Virus record (IMG/VR): IMGVR_UViG_3300028384_000991
Coordinates: 1 to 64,000 of that record
Origin: a virus
Length of the DNA stretch: 64,000 nucleotides
Reading direction: 5' to 3' (one strand)
Part shown: positions 54,902 to 63,562 of the stretch, one piece after another
Layout of the letters: each line of letters opens with the position of its first letter
How positions within the stretch are numbered: position 1 is the stretch's first letter
Notes under the pieces: generated by a model
Databases searched by the model: none
Told to the model about the DNA's origin: nothing
Seen by the model: the letters and a program-made list of their open reading frames with translations, nothing else
Position numbers and translations under genes: made by a program

Positions 54902-55482
54902 TTAAATACCTCCATAGCAGGTAAGTAAGGATAGTCTTCGCTGGTCCATAACTTGTCTGGATTTACAGTTTTTAATTTTTCGATTCCAAGTTGAGCAGTT
55001 TCAGGAGTCATGTAATAGTGATATCCTATTTGTTTTATATTTTGTTCTGCCCAAGGTTTATCATCTGCTCTGCCGTCATATGCCATTTGTTTTAGAATTT
55101 TGTAATCTTGTTCTGTAGGACAAAGTATTGCACCGCCTCTACCAAGACTTAGCATTTTTTTATGTTGAAAACTTAGACACATAAATTGTCCTGGTAAGTA
55201 ACTGTCTTTTGCAAAGTTAACAGCACCATCGATAATTCTTGTTCCGCCAAGAAAGTAATAGCCTACCCATTCTGCATTTACAAATGTCCAATCAAGATTT
55301 AGTTTCATTAATGTAAACGGAATACTAATATATGTGCGGGTAGGAATTTGGATTTTGACCTGTGGGTTGATATACCTTAGGCATAATTCAATAGCATGGG
55401 TGCAACTATCTGTTGCCACAGCATATGGTGCATCGTAGTAGTCTGCAATTTGTTTTTCGAACTCTTTTACTGTTTCAAACAT
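54898..55482 (-). CDS. Short DegT/DnrJ/EryC1/StrS-family PLP aminotransferase (194 aa)
   Basis: EFEKQIADY..AVATDSCTHAIEL, IIDGA, SFQHKKML..GRGGAI, GYHYYM; start reassigned to ATG 55482. Confidence 0.8.
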   Translation of the reverse strand: MFETVKEFEKQIADYYDAPYAVATDSCTHAIELCLRYINPQVKIQIPTRTYISIPFTLMKLNLDWTFVNAEWVGYYFLGGTRIIDGAVNFAKDSYLPGQFMCLSFQHKKMLSLGRGGAILCPTEQDYKILKQMAYDGRADDKPWAEQNIKQIGYHYYMTPETAQLGIEKLKTVNPDKLWTSEDYPYLPAMEVFK

Positions 55483-55487
55483 AAACA

Positions 55488-55512
55488 TATTTATATGCGT
55501 ACTTAATAAGTA
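55488..55512. promoter_or_regulatory. Back-to-back late promoters TATAAATA (-, 55495-55488) and TAAGTA (+, 55507-55512), with ATTAAGTACGCA (-) between them
   Basis: Each hexamer lies 5 nt before a start codon (ATG 55482, GTG 55518). Confidence 0.6.
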
Positions 55513-55517
55513 TATGT

Positions 55518-56468
55518 GTGAGTGAGACAATGAATCTATTATTATGGCATAGGTCTTGGAGCCTAAATAAACTGTTAGAAGCAATCCAAAATAATTCTGA
55601 AACTAATATCAGAGTTTTAGGTGCAGAAGAATATGCAATAATGGGTTGGGACGATCCCGAAAATGAAAAAATTCTTAAACAAATTAAACAAGAAATATCT
55701 AATAGTACTAATACTATTGAGTTTGTTTGTGGCGGATTTCCTACAAGCAACTCTTTTCATCCAGGGCCTAATGTAACATATTGGACAACATTTTGGCCTA
55801 CCAAAACATACTACGAACTAAACAAATTTGGCCATGTTGCTAATAATAACAAATTTACAAAGGCGTATGTAAATCTTAATAACAAACCTTGGTACTTTCG
55901 TTGTGAAATGCTTGATGCATTATCTCAAAGAAACTTAATTTCTAAGGGAGCAATAAGTTGGAACGAAACAAATAACGATTATGATTTCAAACACTGGAAA
56001 CAACAAAGATTAGTAATTGATCCTGAGTATGCAAAAACAACAGAACAGTATGGATCTTTTCCGCCTCCGTTCCTTGAAAGTTTTATGAGTCTTGTAAGTG
56101 AATCTACAATGGATACTATTTTCCCAACAGAAAAAACGTATACACCAATATACTTTAAAAAACCTTTTTTAGTTTGGAGTGTACCTAACTTTCACAAAGC
56201 ATTACAAGATTTAGGTTTTGAACTGTATGATGAAATATTTGATTACAGTTTTGATTCAATTAGCAATAATAAGAAAAGACTAAATGAACTTTTAGATCAA
56301 GTTGAAACAATAGTTGACAAGGATTATCAAAAGTTGTATAATTTGGTTGCAGAAAAAGCAGAAAGAAACTATAATATACTAAAGAATATTAGGTTCGACA
56401 TCAGCAAAGTTCCGAGCAGTATTTTACAGCACGGTGGTTATGAACAATTAATTAAGGAAATGAAATGA
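55518..56468 (+). CDS. Putative GT-B-like glycosyltransferase (paralog of 51751-52776)
   Basis: LVSES..PTEKTYTPI..KPF..LGFELYDEIFDYSFD; start may be ATG 55530. Confidence 0.5.
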   Translation: MSETMNLLLWHRSWSLNKLLEAIQNNSETNIRVLGAEEYAIMGWDDPENEKILKQIKQEISNSTNTIEFVCGGFPTSNSFHPGPNVTYWTTFWPTKTYYELNKFGHVANNNKFTKAYVNLNNKPWYFRCEMLDALSQRNLISKGAISWNETNNDYDFKHWKQQRLVIDPEYAKTTEQYGSFPPPFLESFMSLVSESTMDTIFPTEKTYTPIYFKKPFLVWSVPNFHKALQDLGFELYDEIFDYSFDSISNNKKRLNELLDQVETIVDKDYQKLYNLVAEKAERNYNILKNIRFDISKVPSSILQHGGYEQLIKEMK

Positions 56469-57652
56469 GTACAATTGGTTTTATTGGCGTAGGTAAGTTA
56501 GGCGAGCCTTGTGCAGAAGAAATAGTTAAGAAGGGACATATAGTAAAAGGTTATGATATTTCTTCTTTTAGCAGTCAACATATTCAAACAACAGAGTCTA
56601 TTAAAGAATGTGTAGAAGATACAGATATTGTATTTGTTGCAGTGCCAACACCACATCATCCAGACTATGACGGTAAACGTCCGACCAGCCATTTAGAACC
56701 CAAAGACTTTGATTACAGTATTGTTATAGATGTTTTGAAAGAAGCAAACAAACATATGAACAAAGATCAACTTTTGGTGTTAATCTCAACAGTCTTACCA
56801 GGAACAACACGTAGAGAATTTGTTCCGCTTGTAACTAACACACGTTTTGTTTATAATCCTTATCTAATTGCAATGGGAACTGTAGGCTGGGACATGGTAA
56901 ATCCTGAAATGGTAATGATCGGAACCGACGATGGCAGTGAAACAGGTGATGCAAAACAGTTACGTGAATTTTATGATAGTGTAATGGAAAATAATCCTCG
57001 TTATGTAATTGGCACATATGATGAGTGTGAATGTATTAAGGTATTTTATAATACATTTATTAGTACAAAACTAAGTCTTGTAAACATGATGCAAGACGTT
57101 GCACAGCGTCAAGGTAATATCAATGTTGATGTTGTAACAAAAGCATTAGCAGAAAGCACACAACGTATTATGAGTCCTGCTTATATGACAGCAGGTATGG
57201 GCGATGGCGGCAGTTGTCACCCAAGAGATAATATTGCACTACGTTACATGGCAAAAGAACTAAATCTTGAATATGATATTTTTGATAGCATTATGACGGC
57301 CAGAGAAATACAAGCAAAAAATCTTGCAAAATTTGTTGTTGATACAAAAAACAAATATGGTGGTAGTATTTTCTTAAACGGTATTACATATAAACCTGGT
57401 GTAGAATATGTAGACGGGAGTTATGCGTTACTTGTAGATCATTACATAAAAGAACTTGGTGAAAAATGTATATACATTGATCCACTTGCTTGTGAAATGC
57501 CAAGCAGTGAAACAAGTCTTGGAGGCATTGTTTTACTTGCACATCCAACGCCTTATTTAAATTACTCAACAGATACAGTTTTTATTGATCCGTGGAGAAG
57601 TATGAAGCCTGATCCTAAATATTTAATTTTATCATACGGAAACACACGATGA
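56465..57652 (+). CDS. UDP-glucose/GDP-mannose dehydrogenase family protein
   Basis: IGFIGVGKLG, FVAVPTP, STVLPGT, KVFYNTF, GGSCHPRD catalytic Cys. Confidence 0.9.
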   Translation: MSTIGFIGVGKLGEPCAEEIVKKGHIVKGYDISSFSSQHIQTTESIKECVEDTDIVFVAVPTPHHPDYDGKRPTSHLEPKDFDYSIVIDVLKEANKHMNKDQLLVLISTVLPGTTRREFVPLVTNTRFVYNPYLIAMGTVGWDMVNPEMVMIGTDDGSETGDAKQLREFYDSVMENNPRYVIGTYDECECIKVFYNTFISTKLSLVNMMQDVAQRQGNINVDVVTKALAESTQRIMSPAYMTAGMGDGGSCHPRDNIALRYMAKELNLEYDIFDSIMTAREIQAKNLAKFVVDTKNKYGGSIFLNGITYKPGVEYVDGSYALLVDHYIKELGEKCIYIDPLACEMPSSETSLGGIVLLAHPTPYLNYSTDTVFIDPWRSMKPDPKYLILSYGNTR

Positions 57653-58446
57653 GATATACTAAGTCAGAACCGTTGCTATACTTTCCTGGCAAAGCAGGAA
57701 AAACTCTACAGTGGTATAACGGTGACGATTTAGAAAACTATAATGCAAGTAATAAACCAGATTGGAATTATTTTGGTAGTAAAGATAAACTGTTTTATGA
57801 ATTTAACAGTTTAGGATATAGAACAAGAGAATTAGATACACTTGATGATTACATTCTTGTGTTTGGGTGTAGTTATACAGAAGGCACAGGATTGTTTGAA
57901 AACGAAATATGGTGTAATGTATTAGGCAACGAATTAGGAATAGATATTTTAAATTTAGCAAAAGCAGGAACAGGTCCTGACGTTGTAAATCTTAACACCC
58001 AATTATTTGTAAAAAATAAATTTGTAAAACCTCGTGCAGTTATTAATCAATGGCCGCAATCTACAAGAAAAAGTTTTGCTTATATAGAACGTGAAGGATT
58101 ATTTAAAAAACAATTAAGATTAGAAGATCGTAATGTTAATAACTGGGTAGCAGGAGAAAATGCTGACAGTGATTGGTATTTTAATAGATGGTTAATGGAA
58201 GATGGACAATTAGAATATGAAAACAGTTTGCATATTAACAGTGTAACAAACCTTTGGAATGCTTTAGGAGTTCCTGTTTTCAATTGGACCTTTGGCGGCG
58301 ACTTTATGACAAAGTATAATAAAGAAATGGTATCTGTTCTAAAACTTGAAAATACAGATAGAGCAAGAGACAATGCACATGATGGTCCGTTGATACACAA
58401 AGAAGTAGTAGAAAAAATTAGAGATAAAGTTGAATGTATGATATAG
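57649..58446 (+). CDS. SGNH-like protein (GCS variant)
   Basis: FNSLGYR, VFGCSYTEG, NLAKAGTG, RDNAHDG. Confidence 0.55.
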   Translation: MRYTKSEPLLYFPGKAGKTLQWYNGDDLENYNASNKPDWNYFGSKDKLFYEFNSLGYRTRELDTLDDYILVFGCSYTEGTGLFENEIWCNVLGNELGIDILNLAKAGTGPDVVNLNTQLFVKNKFVKPRAVINQWPQSTRKSFAYIEREGLFKKQLRLEDRNVNNWVAGENADSDWYFNRWLMEDGQLEYENSLHINSVTNLWNALGVPVFNWTFGGDFMTKYNKEMVSVLKLENTDRARDNAHDGPLIHKEVVEKIRDKVECMI

Positions 58447-59120
58447 TGTTTATAAGTTACGGTGAACCTAACGCTGATAATAATTGGGAAAGACTAAAGA
58501 GTCAATTTCCAATGGCTAAGCGTGTGAAAGATGTAGAAGGAATACATCAAGCACATATCACCGCGGCAAAAAAATGCTTTACAAAAATGTTTTGGGTAGT
58601 TGACGGAGATGCTGAACTACTTGATTTCAACTTTGACTATGAGGTTTCCGAGTGGGATTTAGAAACAGTTCATGTATGGAGAAGTATAAATCCTGTCAAT
58701 AACTTGGAATATGGATACGGTGGTGTTAAACTTCTCCCTCGCACACTCACGTTAAACATGGACACCACCGTACCCGACATGACTACAAGTATCAGTGATA
58801 AATTTAAGGCAGTAGATCAAATAAGCAATCTAACAGTTTTTAATACAGATCCTTGGAATGCATGGAAGAGTGGATTTAGAGAATGTTGTAAACTTGCAAG
58901 TAAAACAATTAAAGGACAAGTTGACGAAGAAACTGAAAAGCGTTTAGATATTTGGTGTACTGTAGGTGAAGATGCCGAGTTTGGCAAATATGCTATTCAT
59001 GGTGCACAAGTAGGTAGACACTTTGGCGAAGCACACAAAGACGATAAAGATATGCTTTACAAAATAAATGATTTTAAATGGTTGAAGGAGCAGTTTGATG
59101 ACTACGAAGATTCCATTTAA
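58434..59120 (+). CDS. Glycosyltransferase-like protein (GT-A, VDGD)
   Basis: YDIVFISYGEPNA, AHITAA, WVVDGD, YGYGGVKL, AWKSGFRE. Confidence 0.6.
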   Translation: MYDIVFISYGEPNADNNWERLKSQFPMAKRVKDVEGIHQAHITAAKKCFTKMFWVVDGDAELLDFNFDYEVSEWDLETVHVWRSINPVNNLEYGYGGVKLLPRTLTLNMDTTVPDMTTSISDKFKAVDQISNLTVFNTDPWNAWKSGFRECCKLASKTIKGQVDEETEKRLDIWCTVGEDAEFGKYAIHGAQVGRHFGEAHKDDKDMLYKINDFKWLKEQFDDYEDSI

Positions 59121-60057
59121 TAATATTGTAAAGTTAGGTCAAAAGACAATGCTGGACAATAATTTGTTTTCAGTTAGTTGGATTATTGGGCGTTTTTGTA
59201 ATTACAAGTGTTCGTACTGTTGGCCATATGCTAACACAGATAAACCTGATTACTATGATTTACAAACATATAAAAATACTGTTGATGAAATAAAACGCCA
59301 AGCAATAGCCAATGGATTTGATAAATTTCATTTTAGTTTTAGTGGCGGAGAACCTACAGCCTATAAAGATTTATTAAAATTAATAGAACACTACGAAGAT
59401 TACAAGAGTGAATATCTAAGTATACACATGACAAGTAATTGTAGTCCGTCAAAGTCTTGGTGGAAGCGTTGGTTAGATATTACTCATGTAATGGATAGAA
59501 GAAGTATTACTGCAAGTTTTCATGCAGAGTTTGCCAATGAAAAAGCGTTTGGCGACAAATTATTATATTTACAGGACAACGATGTTTTCATTACTATTAA
59601 TCAAGTAATGGTTCCAAGTCTATGGGAGGAGTATTATGAAAGAAGTCAAAGATTCATTAAAAGAGGTTTGCACGTTACTCTTAAGCCGCAATCAGATCCT
59701 ACTGCGTCATTTGTGGTCGATGGTTACACGGAAGAACAAAAACAAATCTTGCAAAATGACAGCGAACAAGAATACAAACAAGTTCGCCTCCAAGATGATA
59801 AAGGAATAGAATACGAAATAGATCAAGCAGAAAGATTAAATGCGTATGGATTTAATAAGTTTAAAGGTTGGCAATGTAACAGTGGATATCAAAGTTGCAT
59901 TATTAGAGGCAATGAAGTAAAACGTAGTTACAGTTGTCATGACGAACCATTAGGAACACTTACTGATGGTTTTCAACTTTTTGATAAACCGATGCCTTGT
60001 ATCACACCAAGTTGTGTAAGCAGTGCAGATAGCAAAATACCGAAAGAAAAAATATGA
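59095..60057 (+). CDS. Radical SAM protein with C-terminal Cys cluster
   Basis: CNYKCSYC, SGGEP; C-terminal C..G..C..SC..C...C. Confidence 0.85.
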   Translation: MMTTKIPFNNIVKLGQKTMLDNNLFSVSWIIGRFCNYKCSYCWPYANTDKPDYYDLQTYKNTVDEIKRQAIANGFDKFHFSFSGGEPTAYKDLLKLIEHYEDYKSEYLSIHMTSNCSPSKSWWKRWLDITHVMDRRSITASFHAEFANEKAFGDKLLYLQDNDVFITINQVMVPSLWEEYYERSQRFIKRGLHVTLKPQSDPTASFVVDGYTEEQKQILQNDSEQEYKQVRLQDDKGIEYEIDQAERLNAYGFNKFKGWQCNSGYQSCIIRGNEVKRSYSCHDEPLGTLTDGFQLFDKPMPCITPSCVSSADSKIPKEKI

Positions 60058-60653
60058 AAATAGAATTAGAAGATATTATGTTTTGGATGGACGCTATTCG
60101 TAACAGCGAGGATCGGGATCGTACACTTGAAAGTTTTTGGAAAGGTCAATTACGTAGTAAAGAAGCCTTGGTAAGAATGTTAGAATTCAAGTGTGATTAT
60201 AGAAAACAATATTCAATAACAATACACGGAGGTTGGAATGGAGTACTTGCCAGTTTACTTTTTAATAGTCGCATTGATATACGCAATATCAGATCAGTAG
60301 ACATAGATCCTGACTGCGAAGAAACAGCAAAGACTATGAATAAAAACCAAGAGATGGAAGGCAGATTTACTGCACACACAGGCGATATGTGTACAGATAA
60401 GTACAATGCAGACATTGTAATTAATACAAGTTGCGAACACGTAGATAAAGTCAAATTGCAACAATGGTTTGATAACATACCTCAAGGTACTATGTATGTT
60501 ATGCAAAGCAATAATTATTCGGAACTTGAAGAACATATTAACTGTGTTAACAGTGCAGGCGAACTGGCCGAGTCTGTTGGTGCTAAAGACTATGATGTAG
60601 AGGAAATCGTATTACCTAAGTATACAAGGTATATGATTAGTGGAATAAAATGA
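60054..60653 (+). CDS. Class I SAM-dependent methyltransferase-like protein
   Basis: IHGGWNGVLA, SVDID, GDM, VINTSCEH. Confidence 0.7.
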   Translation: MKIELEDIMFWMDAIRNSEDRDRTLESFWKGQLRSKEALVRMLEFKCDYRKQYSITIHGGWNGVLASLLFNSRIDIRNIRSVDIDPDCEETAKTMNKNQEMEGRFTAHTGDMCTDKYNADIVINTSCEHVDKVKLQQWFDNIPQGTMYVMQSNNYSELEEHINCVNSAGELAESVGAKDYDVEEIVLPKYTRYMISGIK

Positions 60654-61270
60654 ATTACGAAACACTTACACAATACGGAAGTTTTATAGAATTAGATGTA
60701 GTTACTGATGCAGAGCAATTAGTTGCTTGGGCAAATGATTTCGAATGGGTCAAATACAATCCACGTAAAGATGTAAACAGATGGGGACTTAGTATTACAA
60801 GTCTTGACGGAGGCTTGTCAGGTGTTCCTGACTTAGATAGTTTGTACGAATACAACAAAGAAAATAACACAAATTACAAAGAAGAAGATTTTAAAGTTCC
60901 AACTCCTGTACTAAACAAACAAATACATGATATACTTAAACCTTGGAATGGATATTATTATAGAACACACTTTTTAAAATTTGGTCCAGGCGGATTTTTC
61001 CCTCCGCATAGAGATTGGAATTACATGACTGGTGTTCCTAAAGACTTTAGATTAATTATGCCATTGCGTAATGTTAATCCTCCATCATTTAATTTTGTCT
61101 ATGAAGATAAAACACTGCATTGGGAAACAGGAAGAATGTATTTCTTAGATACTCAGCGTATGCATTATTTGTTTAACAGTAGTTTCACAGATAGTTATTG
61201 GATGGTAGTTAATGTAGCACTAAACACAGAAACTATTATGCGAACATTAGAAAGGTTAAATCAGAAGTAA
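60650..61270 (+). CDS. 2OG-Fe(II) oxygenase (Asp/Asn beta-hydroxylase-like)
   Basis: PGGFFPPHRD, GRMYFLDTQRMHYLFN. Confidence 0.7.
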   Translation: MNYETLTQYGSFIELDVVTDAEQLVAWANDFEWVKYNPRKDVNRWGLSITSLDGGLSGVPDLDSLYEYNKENNTNYKEEDFKVPTPVLNKQIHDILKPWNGYYYRTHFLKFGPGGFFPPHRDWNYMTGVPKDFRLIMPLRNVNPPSFNFVYEDKTLHWETGRMYFLDTQRMHYLFNSSFTDSYWMVVNVALNTETIMRTLERLNQK

Positions 61271-62268
61271 TGTATAACTATGAAGATATTACCTCAATAC
61301 ATTTAGAAGTTACATCTAAATGCCAAGCACGTTGTCCCATGTGTCCGAGACGAATTCATGGCGGACCGTTATTAGACAGTATTGATTTAGAAGAAATTGA
61401 TTTAGGAACTTTTGTAAATTGGTTTCCAAGAGACTTTGTTCGTCAATTACATTTTCTTAATATGTGCGGAAACTTAGGTGATCCTATTGTAGCAAAAGAT
61501 ACACTTGAAATTTTCAAATACTTGCGTGAAACAAATCAAGGTATGACTTTACAAATGCATACTAACGGAAGTGGAAGATCAAAAGAGTGGTGGCAAGAAC
61601 TTGCTCAGCAAAATGTAAAAGTTGTATTCGGTATTGACGGATTAAAAGATACCCATGCATTGTACAGAGTAAACACTGACTGGGATAAAATTATAAACAA
61701 TGCTACACATTTTATTCATGCCGGCGGAGATGCACGTTGGGATATGTTAGTGTTCGAACACAATGAAGATCAAGTAGAAACTTGCGAACAAATGAGTAAA
61801 GAGTTAGGTTTCAAAGGCTTTAGTATCAAACATACAACAAGATTCAAAGATGGTAGATTTGATGTGTTAGATGATGATTATAATATTACACATACATTGT
61901 TTCCTTCTAAGAAAAGTCGCGATATGATTAAGCCAGCCAAAGAAGCACAAAAAGAAAAAATGCCAACAATTAGTTGTAAGGCAAAAAATGATAATCAAAT
62001 GTATATTAGTGCAAACGGCAACGTAAGTCCTTGCTGTTGGTTAGACTTAGAATGGTTACCACAGCACAGTTACAGTAGATTAGATTACATGGTTAAAATT
62101 AAAAAATATCCTAATTTGCATAAGAATACTATGCAAGAAATATTTGATTCAAACTTTTTCCGTGACATTGAAAAGACATGGACTACTTGTGGTATGCTTG
62201 AATGTTCTAAGCAATGCGGAAGTTTTGACAAACTAAACAAACAGTTTGAAAGGATAGAGCATGAGTAA
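61270..62268 (+). CDS. Radical SAM protein with C-terminal twitch/SPASM-like domain
   Basis: CQARCPMC, GNLGDP, TNG, GIDG; C..YISANGNVSPCC..CSKQC. Confidence 0.85.
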   Translation: MYNYEDITSIHLEVTSKCQARCPMCPRRIHGGPLLDSIDLEEIDLGTFVNWFPRDFVRQLHFLNMCGNLGDPIVAKDTLEIFKYLRETNQGMTLQMHTNGSGRSKEWWQELAQQNVKVVFGIDGLKDTHALYRVNTDWDKIINNATHFIHAGGDARWDMLVFEHNEDQVETCEQMSKELGFKGFSIKHTTRFKDGRFDVLDDDYNITHTLFPSKKSRDMIKPAKEAQKEKMPTISCKAKNDNQMYISANGNVSPCCWLDLEWLPQHSYSRLDYMVKIKKYPNLHKNTMQEIFDSNFFRDIEKTWTTCGMLECSKQCGSFDKLNKQFERIEHE

Positions 62269-63562
62269 AACGTTTTGTCCTTTGCCTTGGATACACTTAG
62301 CAACCAGACCAAACGGTGACGTTCGTGTTTGCTGTACAGCAAATGCTTCTGGTGCAGGCAAAGAAGATGACAAAACAGCAGGACTTGTAAAGCAAGATGG
62401 TGTTGCTATGAACTTGCGTGATCATACTATTGAACAAGTATGGAACAGTGAACATATGCGTAGAACAAGACTACAAATGCTTAATGATGAAATACCAGAA
62501 AGTTGTCGTAAATGTTTTTACGAAGAATCAAAAGGTATTGTTAGTAAGCGTCAATGGGAAACAGAAGTATGGAAACAAAGATTAGACATTGACAGCATTG
62601 TAGCAAAAACCGATGAGCAAGGAAACTTGCCTGTTGATATTCCATACTTTGATTTACGTTTAGGCAATATGTGTAATCTAAAATGTACAATGTGTTCGCC
62701 GCATGATAGTTCAAGTTGGATTAAAGAATGGAAGTTACTGTATCCTAAATATACAAATGAAGATCTAAAACGTGATCAAAGTTGGGACGAAAACTTTGAT
62801 TATACTTGGTATAAAAAAGGAACGTTCTTAGACAGTATGAAAGATCAAGCAAAGTATATTAAAGAATTGTATTTTGCAGGCGGCGAACCTTTGATGATTC
62901 CTGAACACTATAACATTTTACAGTTTATGGTTGATGAAGGTTATGCAAAAGATTGCTGTATAAGATACAACTCAAATGGAACTGTGTTAGAAGATAAACT
63001 GTTTGTACTATGGTCGCATTTTAAAGAAGTCACTTTTAATTTTAGCATTGATGCATATGGTGACAAGAATGATTATATCCGTTATCCAAGTCAATGGAAA
63101 GAAATAGAAAATAATTTAAGAATATTAGACGATAGTGGTACTAACACAAGAATTAATATTGCCTCAGCAGTACAATTATTAAATGCACCGTACCTTGGAG
63201 AATTAGCCGAATGGAAAGCAAGTCAGAAATTTCACAAAGTAAACAATATGCCTTTTGGTGGCGGACTTATTAGTACACATCTTGTTTATTTTCCAAGTTA
63301 TCTAAATGTAAGAGTATTGCCAAAAGAATTAAAAGAATTTACAAAATCACAAATAGAAATGTTTGTTGAAAGACAAAAGTTTAATACTGATTGGAATAGA
63401 AGTCCAATGGGTAAAACAAGATGGTTAGGATTAATTGATTACATGATGGCAGAAGATTGGACAAACAAACTACCACAACTAAAAGACTATTTAGAAACGC
63501 TTGACAAATCAAGAGGTACAGACTTTAGAAAAACTTTTCCTGAGTTAGGAGAATATATCTAA
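62261..63562 (+). CDS. Radical SAM protein with N-terminal twitch/SPASM-like domain
   Basis: FCPLPW..GDVRVCC..CRKC; CNLKCTMC; AGGEP; FSID. Confidence 0.88.
   Translation: MSKTFCPLPWIHLATRPNGDVRVCCTANASGAGKEDDKTAGLVKQDGVAMNLRDHTIEQVWNSEHMRRTRLQMLNDEIPESCRKCFYEESKGIVSKRQWETEVWKQRLDIDSIVAKTDEQGNLPVDIPYFDLRLGNMCNLKCTMCSPHDSSSWIKEWKLLYPKYTNEDLKRDQSWDENFDYTWYKKGTFLDSMKDQAKYIKELYFAGGEPLMIPEHYNILQFMVDEGYAKDCCIRYNSNGTVLEDKLFVLWSHFKEVTFNFSIDAYGDKNDYIRYPSQWKEIENNLRILDDSGTNTRINIASAVQLLNAPYLGELAEWKASQKFHKVNNMPFGGGLISTHLVYFPSYLNVRVLPKELKEFTKSQIEMFVERQKFNTDWNRSPMGKTRWLGLIDYMMAEDWTNKLPQLKDYLETLDKSRGTDFRKTFPELGEYI

Noticed and set aside
55483-55584. N-terminal extension of the DegT ORF in the ORF track
   Set aside because: Overlaps the divergent gene and the promoter region; family similarity begins at MFETVKEFE (55482)
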